Shown here one piece after another: positions 57,977 to 64,000 of a stretch of 64,000 nt of DNA. The position numbers and the translations under genes are program-made. Location of the stretch: NCBI GenBank assembly GCA_964505785.1, contig CAZDJZ010000001.1:259996-323995 (forward strand), written 5' to 3'. Below the pieces are notes generated by a model. That model was not told the DNA's origin. It ran no database searches and worked only from the letters and a program-made list of their open reading frames with translations. Numbering within the stretch: the first letter of the stretch is position 1; every line of letters begins with the position of its first letter. The stretch is from an uncultured Eubacteriales bacterium. Its GTDB lineage: Bacteria; Acidobacteriota; Aminicenantia; Aminicenantales; Aminicenantaceae.

Positions 57977-58900
57977 TTATTCCAGCCTTCCGGCAACATA
58001 TTGGCTGATTGCCGAAAAATCAAAGGGTGAGAACCAGTGAATGCCCTTCATTTTTTTAAACCACGTTATTTGGCGTTTGGCATAGCGGCGGGTATCTCTT
58101 TTGGTCAGCCGGACAGCTTCCTCTAAGGGAATTTCCTGATTTAGATAAGCCAAGATGTATTTGTAACCTAGAGCCCGGAATGGGGGAGCATCTTCGGGAA
58201 CTCCTCCGGAAATGAGCTCTTTAACTTCGTTTACCAAGCCTTTCGCCACCATGGCATCCACTCTTTCCTCTATACGCCGGTATAAAGTCTGCCGGTCCAA
58301 AATCAATCCAACCAGGATGGTGTTATCATTTTTTACAAATGATTCCGTATGAAAAAATTGACGGGAAAGGGGAACGCCGGTGGCTTGATACACTTCCAAA
58401 GCCCGAATAATCCTGACCTTGTCATTGGGAGTGATCTTTCGGGAATACTCCGGATCAATCCGCTGCAGCCTTTTCCAAAGAAAATCCCAGCCTTCATGCT
58501 CCGCTTCCTTTTTCAATTTGTTTCGTATAGACCGGTCTTTTTTATGTTCAGGAAACAGACCTTCCAAGAGCGCTTTGAGATACAAGCCTGTCCCCCCGGT
58601 TATGATAGGGCATTTTCCCCGGCTGCGAATGCCTTCCATCGATTGAAGAGAGAGGCGGACAAAATCTGCTGCTGTAAATTGGGAAGAAGGCTCCGCTGCA
58701 TCCAGCAGATGATGATGAATACCCTGTCTTTTATCCTTGCTCATTTTATCGGTCCCGATATCAAAACCCTTATAAACCTGCATGGAATCACAATTGATGA
58801 TTTCTCCCGAAAAGCTTTGGGCCAGTTTGATCGCGGCTGCGCTTTTTCCGACTCCGGTAGGCCCGAGAATAATGATGAGATTGTTTTTGTTAAATTGCAA
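57977..58900 (-). CDS. miaA: tRNA dimethylallyltransferase
   Basis: P-loop GPTGVGKS, IINCDSMQVY and RRYAKRQ.TWF. Confidence 0.92.
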   Translation of the reverse strand: MQFNKNNLIIILGPTGVGKSAAAIKLAQSFSGEIINCDSMQVYKGFDIGTDKMSKDKRQGIHHHLLDAAEPSSQFTAADFVRLSLQSMEGIRSRGKCPIITGGTGLYLKALLEGLFPEHKKDRSIRNKLKKEAEHEGWDFLWKRLQRIDPEYSRKITPNDKVRIIRALEVYQATGVPLSRQFFHTESFVKNDNTILVGLILDRQTLYRRIEERVDAMVAKGLVNEVKELISGGVPEDAPPFRALGYKYILAYLNQEIPLEEAVRLTKRDTRRYAKRQITWFKKMKGIHWFSPFDFSAISQYVAGRLE

Positions 58901-58972
58901 TTTTAAATAAAATATATAAGGTTAATAATGTCAATAAAATCAACAGACCCATTATTTGCCCGCGTACTAATT

Positions 58973-60058
58973 TCATGCCGGGATGCTGTTCAGTGTTTTG
59001 ATCAAGCTTGCCTCCGATTCGCTGCCAAGTGTTTTTTTGATCAACAGAATTTCAGCATTTAATATTTCATTGAGACCGCTTAAATAGTCCTTCCGGTTCA
59101 TTTCCCTGGGAAGCTTGGCGGGAGTCACAGACGCTGAGCCGAAAATGAGACGTCCTGTGGATTCTAAGCGAATAGTCTGAAAAACGGAAGGAAGATGCGG
59201 TTTTACATCCATGATACATTTTTCCAATACTTTGAAAGCCACCGGACCCATCTCCTTGGCAAGATATTTAAAGACTTGGGCATACATCCGGTTGAAGTGT
59301 TCAAATATTCTTTGAATTTCCGCACTGCCTATATCCGGAGACGGTGCTGCTTTTTTAATTTCTCCAATCATTTCCATGGCTCGCAATGCAAAAAGCATCC
59401 GGCTGGTTTCATTTAGGCCCAATTCACTGTTTTTATATATTTCGGACAAGGAGGATTCCGTTTGTATGAGCCGGATGATGTAGTTTTCAGGAGAATTCCA
59501 TGGCAAAGTCCGAATATGTTCAGAAGGCTGCAGGCTGCATTTTTCTTGAGAAGCAATATGCGTATCCATCAATGGAATATTTGTCATTTCTCTGATTCCA
59601 TTTAGAATAAAGACCGGTGTATCGATGAGGAATAAAGGGGCCCGGCGTTTTGACTCTGAATCCGAATCAAAAAAAAATTCGGCGTCCGTCCAATCGAAAA
59701 CCGGAAAAAGATCAAGTTCAAAATATAGATGCATATCCTTCCACAACAGGCATGGGGAATAAATTTCTTTATCCAAAAGAGTGCGCACAGGGGAAAAGCC
59801 GGTGCTTTCCGCATTCTTAAGAATAATTTGGATTTGTTTGTCCTTTATTTTATGCTGGGAAGCCAATTGATGGAGAAAATCATGCGCGGGAAAGGCACGA
59901 ATGGTCGGGGAAAGATTTCCCCCAAGAAATTCAATTGATTTTTTTCCTGTTTGACTTTGAAGCTTAAGACTTCCTGAACGTTTTGATTTCCAGATCCGGA
60001 ATAATAAAAATGCAAAAGGAGTTTTCTTGAGATTTCCATGCAGCCGGAACTTTTCCAT
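58973..60058 (-). CDS. Hypothetical protein with DUF4388-like N-terminal domain
   Basis: The N-terminus LHGNLKKTPFAFLLFRIWKSKRSGSLKL fits the DUF4388 pattern. The rest is unrecognised. Confidence 0.4.
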   Translation of the reverse strand: MEKFRLHGNLKKTPFAFLLFRIWKSKRSGSLKLQSQTGKKSIEFLGGNLSPTIRAFPAHDFLHQLASQHKIKDKQIQIILKNAESTGFSPVRTLLDKEIYSPCLLWKDMHLYFELDLFPVFDWTDAEFFFDSDSESKRRAPLFLIDTPVFILNGIREMTNIPLMDTHIASQEKCSLQPSEHIRTLPWNSPENYIIRLIQTESSLSEIYKNSELGLNETSRMLFALRAMEMIGEIKKAAPSPDIGSAEIQRIFEHFNRMYAQVFKYLAKEMGPVAFKVLEKCIMDVKPHLPSVFQTIRLESTGRLIFGSASVTPAKLPREMNRKDYLSGLNEILNAEILLIKKTLGSESEASLIKTLNSIPA

Positions 60059-60112
60059 TAGGATATTAGTATATCAGATTGGAGCCGAAGGTGGGAATCA
60101 TCAAGCGTAAGA

Positions 60113-60817
60113 TCACGACATGAAATGTACCGCCAAGAGGCCCAGGCCGGTATAAATAAGCGCTTTAATAAGAAAAAACCCGTATGAAATAAAAAGAGCT
60201 TTTTTGAGAGAAATTTTCAGAATTGCAGCCAGACCATAAGCTAAGATTCCAAAAAGCCAAATTTGGAATAAATCGAATTGGCTCAACACAATAAATAACG
60301 GGGAAGTGAGTTCCAGAGTAGGGAAAAATACAGCTAGACTGGTCGTGGTTTGCACAACGGAATCTGTCATGTGTATCAGAGGCAGTTTTATTCCATACCC
60401 TAGAATTTTATCGATGAAATTTGCATGCAGGTAAACTGAAAATATCTGTACAAAATGGCCGTGTGTGGAAGTCATGCGGCCTAAAATAAGGATGACCAAT
60501 GAAGAAATAAGAAACCCGATTCCGAGACTGAAAGGGCCCATTACAGAGGCGATAATTCGCTGTGTGGAAGAGGGGTTCTGCATGGATTCAACCATTTGAT
60601 TGAATCGTTCCTCGCCCATTCGTTCTCTGAGCTCATGATTATTTTTGAAGGCCTGTAAATTATCCTGCTGAGAGAAGGGAAATGTCAGATAGGAAAATGC
60701 GGCGGAAAAAATCAACATCACAATTAATGCGTCCACCCAAACCGGTTTTTGGGCTAGGAATTGAAATGTGGGTTGAGGATTAAAAATGACGCCGGTAAAA
60801 CGCTGAAAAAAATTCAT
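60113..60817 (-). CDS. Yip1 domain membrane protein (YknW-like)
   Basis: Start at ATG 60817, 1 nt after the ABC ATPase stop. Yip1-type N-terminus FFQRFTGVIFNPQPTF and 5 TM helices with an extracytoplasmic insert. Confidence 0.7.
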   Translation of the reverse strand: MNFFQRFTGVIFNPQPTFQFLAQKPVWVDALIVMLIFSAAFSYLTFPFSQQDNLQAFKNNHELRERMGEERFNQMVESMQNPSSTQRIIASVMGPFSLGIGFLISSLVILILGRMTSTHGHFVQIFSVYLHANFIDKILGYGIKLPLIHMTDSVVQTTTSLAVFFPTLELTSPLFIVLSQFDLFQIWLFGILAYGLAAILKISLKKALFISYGFFLIKALIYTGLGLLAVHFMS

Positions 60818-60818
60818 G

Positions 60819-61523
60819 TCATTCTCCCTTTTTTTCTTCTCTTTCAACTTCCCCGTCCTTTATATAGATGATTCGCTGTGCTTGACGGGCGATATCAGGA
60901 TCGTGTGTAACCATTATAATGGTATTTCCATCATGATGGATTTTATGGAATAAATTCAATATTTCCTTGCCGGTTTTAGAATCCAGGTTGCCTGTCGGCT
61001 CATCTGCAAGAAGCAAAGAAGGGGAGTTGACCAGGGCCCGGGCAATAGCGACCCGCTGTCTCTCTCCTCCGGAGAGTTCCGAAGGCCGGTGCTCCCGGCG
61101 CTGGTATATCTCCACTAATTTCAGAGCCTCGTTGACTTTTTCTTCCCGGTCCCATCTTTTTTCTCCCTTGTAAATAAGGGGAAGTTCCACATTATGAAAA
61201 GCCGAAGCTCGGGAAAGCAAATTAAAAACCTGAAAAACAAATCCAATTTCCTGGTTGCGGACAAACGCCAAGTCATTGTCATCCATGGCGCTGACCCGGC
61301 GCCCGTTTAAATAATAATCACCCCGGCTAGGCGTATCCAGGCATCCCAAAAGATTCATCAAGGTCGATTTTCCCGAGCCGGACGGCCCCATAATAGCAAG
61401 AAATTCATTTTTTTTGACGGTTAAATCCACTCCGCAAAGGGCGTTGACCTCCTGCCGGCCCATAGGATAGATTTTCCATAAATCCCGGGCGTTTATGACG
61501 TCGGAATTCCCGGATTCAATCAC
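60819..61523 (-). CDS. ABC transporter ATP-binding protein, MacB/LolD-type (no fused permease)
   Basis: Walker [10 protein letters not shown], signature LSGGERQR and Walker [13 protein letters not shown]. At 234 aa there is no TM region. Confidence 0.9.
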   Translation of the reverse strand: MIESGNSDVINARDLWKIYPMGRQEVNALCGVDLTVKKNEFLAIMGPSGSGKSTLMNLLGCLDTPSRGDYYLNGRRVSAMDDNDLAFVRNQEIGFVFQVFNLLSRASAFHNVELPLIYKGEKRWDREEKVNEALKLVEIYQRREHRPSELSGGERQRVAIARALVNSPSLLLADEPTGNLDSKTGKEILNLFHKIHHDGNTIIMVTHDPDIARQAQRIIYIKDGEVEREEKKGE

Positions 61524-62764
61524 TGGTTTTCCTGCCTTTCTTCGGTTTTGAGCGGGGACCCTTCATCCAATTGCCTCAATGCGCTGTATGGTCCCACTAT
61601 AACAGTTTCCCCTTCTTTTACTCCTGAGATAATTTCTATGTCCAAATCTCCCATTATTCCCTTTTCAACTTTTCGGAAACGGGCCTCGGCATCTTGGACA
61701 ATGTAAACACCTTCTTCCTGTCCGCTATCCTCTTCTTCCTCTTTTTCGCGCAAAACCAGCGTAGAGATGGGGACGGCCAAGACATTTTTCTTTTCGGCTG
61801 TAATGATATCAGCTGAAGCGGATAAACCCGGCTTCAGGTTAGGCGGGGGATCGATCAGAGTGATGATAACTTTGAAATCCCGGGACTCATCGGCCGCGGA
61901 AAGCTGTTGGATAGCGGAGCTGCCGATTTCCGTCACTTCTCCTTTTATCACGAGGTCGGGAAAAGCATCCACACGGACTTCAGCTGTCTGACCTATTTCC
62001 ACGTTGACAACATCAGTTTCGTCCACTTCAATATCTACTTCCATTATGGAAAGGTCAGCTATGGTCATCAGAACGGTTCCCGGATTGTTCATGGTCCCGA
62101 CCAAGGCGATTTCTCCTTCTTCGATATTCAAACTTGTGATGACTCCGCTGATAGGAGCATTATAAACGGTTTTTTCCAGATTGTTCAGGGTTGCCTTCAA
62201 GGAAGCTCTGGCTTGCTGAATTTGATGGGTAATCGATTCATATTGGGCTTGAGATATTTTATACTGCGTACGGGCTGCTTCCAGTTGCTCATTGGAAATG
62301 AGTTCACGTTCAAATAGTTTCTGCTGGCGCTCGTATACGGCTTTGTCTTTTTCCATAGAAGTTTCCGCTTTTATCTTCTCAGCTTCCAGGGACTTAATTC
62401 TTGCCTGGTCTCTTTCCGCATCGGCTTCATATTGGATGGATTCCAATTTTAAAAGAAAGTCATCTTTTTCCACCCGTTCTCCTTCTTCTACGCCGATTTC
62501 AACAATACGTCCGGGGATATGGGCGCTGACATTCACATTTTTCCGCGGCTTCACTTCTCCGCTTGCCGAGATTTTTGAAGTCAAATCCCGTCGTTTTACT
62601 TTTTCAACTGTAACGGATATGGTTTTTTCTCTCTGCGCTTGCAGATTGAAGAAAATGATCAAGGCTAAAAGCATCACAGCTGCCGTGATAATATATGGTT
62701 TTTTACTCTTGCGGTGTTTGCTTTTCTGATCGTTCATTTTATCCTCTCTGAATGAGTTTATCAT
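61520..62764 (-). CDS. HlyD/MacA-type periplasmic adaptor (membrane fusion protein)
   Basis: TM anchor, a lipoyl-like domain, a long coiled-coil hairpin and beta-barrel segments. It overlaps the ATPase gene by 4 nt. The start may be ATG 62737. Confidence 0.85.
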   Translation of the reverse strand: MINSFREDKMNDQKSKHRKSKKPYIITAAVMLLALIIFFNLQAQREKTISVTVEKVKRRDLTSKISASGEVKPRKNVNVSAHIPGRIVEIGVEEGERVEKDDFLLKLESIQYEADAERDQARIKSLEAEKIKAETSMEKDKAVYERQQKLFERELISNEQLEAARTQYKISQAQYESITHQIQQARASLKATLNNLEKTVYNAPISGVITSLNIEEGEIALVGTMNNPGTVLMTIADLSIMEVDIEVDETDVVNVEIGQTAEVRVDAFPDLVIKGEVTEIGSSAIQQLSAADESRDFKVIITLIDPPPNLKPGLSASADIITAEKKNVLAVPISTLVLREKEEEEDSGQEEGVYIVQDAEARFRKVEKGIMGDLDIEIISGVKEGETVIVGPYSALRQLDEGSPLKTEERQENQ

Positions 62765-62946
62765 AACCTGATCTGTTTATAAAAACCATGCCTCGCTTTG
62801 CAGCGGCGTCAGTCTAGTAACAATTCAGGCTAGTATAACTACGGAAGGATTGGGAAAAGGTTTTTGAGTTGCTGAAAACGGCAGGAGTTGATAATATGAG
62901 AGGCTGTCTGCGAAATAAGAATAAGCGGACAGCCAGGAATGGATTC

Positions 62947-63741
62947 ATGATCAGTGATAATGCTATGAAAACGGCAGTAGAAGCCGCCCGGGAAGCAGGA
63001 GAATTACTGAACCGGCGCAGGGGAAAACTGAAGGAAATCAGCTATAAAGGGAAAGTTGACCTGGTTACTGATGTGGATAGAGAATCTCAAGACCTGATTC
63101 TCGAATATATTCAGCGGAATTTTCCTGCGCATGATGTCCTGGGTGAGGAAGGGCTGCATGAGAATAAGGGGTCTGAATACCGGTGGGTGATTGACCCTTT
63201 GGACGGAACCACCAACTATGCCCATGACCTTCCGGTTTTTTGTATTTCTATTGCACTTGAGAGCCGGGGGGATATCATAATGGGGTTGGTGTATGATCCG
63301 ACCCGCGGGGAGATGTTCACCGCCCGCAAAGGAATGGGAGCTGATCTCAATGAAAAATCCATAGCGGTTTCAAGGGAAAACCAATTGGAAAAAAGCCTGT
63401 TGGCCACGGGCTTTCCTTATGACATAAGAGAAAGCAAGGTCAATAATCTTGACCATTTTGCCCGGATAGCCGTCCGGGCTCAGGCCGTTCGGCGGTGCGG
63501 ATCAGCGGCTTTAGATCTTTGCTATACGGCGTGCGGCCGTTTTGACGGATTTTGGGAAATGAAATTAGCTCCCTGGGATACAGCTGCAGGAGCTTTGATC
63601 GTGACGGAAGCAGGAGGTACCATCACGGATTTCGGCGGGAATTTTTTTCATCACGGCCGCAGGGAAATCCTGGCGACGAATGGGTTTATCCATGACCAGA
63701 TGGTATCTGTTTTAAAGCAAGGAAAAAGGGATTTGTCATGA
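62947..63741 (+). CDS. Inositol monophosphatase family protein (SuhB-like)
   Basis: Start chosen at ATG 62947. LGEE, WVIDPLDGTTNY and WDTAAG. Confidence 0.85.
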   Translation: MISDNAMKTAVEAAREAGELLNRRRGKLKEISYKGKVDLVTDVDRESQDLILEYIQRNFPAHDVLGEEGLHENKGSEYRWVIDPLDGTTNYAHDLPVFCISIALESRGDIIMGLVYDPTRGEMFTARKGMGADLNEKSIAVSRENQLEKSLLATGFPYDIRESKVNNLDHFARIAVRAQAVRRCGSAALDLCYTACGRFDGFWEMKLAPWDTAAGALIVTEAGGTITDFGGNFFHHGRREILATNGFIHDQMVSVLKQGKRDLS

Positions 63742-64000
63742 CATGGTGGGTAATAACAATACAAAAGGGCCTGGGAAAGTTTTTGTCCGGGTTGAAAAGG
63801 ATTCATTTGCCGGCGATGCTGCTGCTGAGCTGCGCGGTTTTTATTTTAGGGGGCCAGGCCGTGAAAAGGCTGGGGCTTCTGTCCGGGCAAACCTATAACC
63901 TTGCCGTGCCGGCAGACCGGCATTGGCTTGATACAGGCTTTGATGTCAGGCGGGGTCAGGTTCTGGTTTTCCATGCTTCCGGAATGATATCCTTGCAGAG
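63738..64000 (+). CDS. Hypothetical membrane-anchored protein (3'-truncated by window edge)
   Basis: ATGA overlap with the IMPase stop. The frame is open to the window end, with an N-terminal hydrophobic helix (LPAMLLLSCAVFILGG). It is not in the ORF track because no stop is reached. Confidence 0.45.
   Translation, partial: MTWWVITIQKGLGKFLSGLKRIHLPAMLLLSCAVFILGGQAVKRLGLLSGQTYNLAVPADRHWLDTGFDVRRGQVLVFHASGMISLQ

Overview
This is a 64-kb chromosomal segment, roughly mid-40s % GC by eye, from what looks like an uncultivated diderm bacterium. That reading rests on LptF/G, SurA-like chaperones, an SLH lipoprotein, and GWxTD and DUF4388-type proteins. The phylum cannot be fixed from this sequence; Acidobacteriota/Aminicenantes-like is only a guess. 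About 55 credible protein genes and 2 tRNAs are present, mostly housekeeping. In order they are: mfd (5'-truncated), two parvulin/SurA-like chaperones, an envC-like/S41/yibQ-like envelope operon, an LPG-synthase-TM-like protein, an SNF transporter, an MOFRL glycerate kinase, a flavodiiron protein, pgeF, purC, a PHP protein, cvpA, a mini Fis-type HTH and CIRCE-controlled groES-groEL. Next come a fused lptF-lptG, a DUF151 nuclease, a ClC channel and a CarboxypepD_reg/TPR + 2x GWxTD cluster with a convergent related secreted protein. These are followed by mltG-ruvX-ddl, hup, tRNA-Gly(GCC), tRNA-Cys(GCA), a Yip1 protein, pyrK-pyrD-pyrF, an aminotransferase, ppdK, an HDAC-family protein, cutA and an M20 peptidase. 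The window ends with a 5-glycosyltransferase + priming phosphoglycosyltransferase cluster, a CDP-alcohol phosphatidyltransferase, a TPR-SLH lipoprotein, hflX, miaA, a DUF4388-like protein, a HlyD/ABC-ATPase/Yip1 set and an IMPase. I found no CRISPR array, no integrase or transposase, and no recognisable defence or toxin genes. I do not see an unambiguous new system. The best candidates for a second look are: (1) a conserved 13/14-nt word, TAGCCTGGATTATT, and a set of shared modules that make the long intergenic regions a mosaic of dispersed repeats, often placed right after stop codons; (2) the uncharacterised GWxTD envelope cluster, whose members share a beta-sandwich-like module with the convergent secreted protein; (3) a YknWXYZ-like HlyD/ATPase/Yip1 operon that lacks any FtsX permease; (4) a single-polypeptide LptF-LptG fusion; (5) an S41 protease homologue that seems to lack the catalytic lysine. 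All functional calls come from motif recognition by eye and no searches were run.
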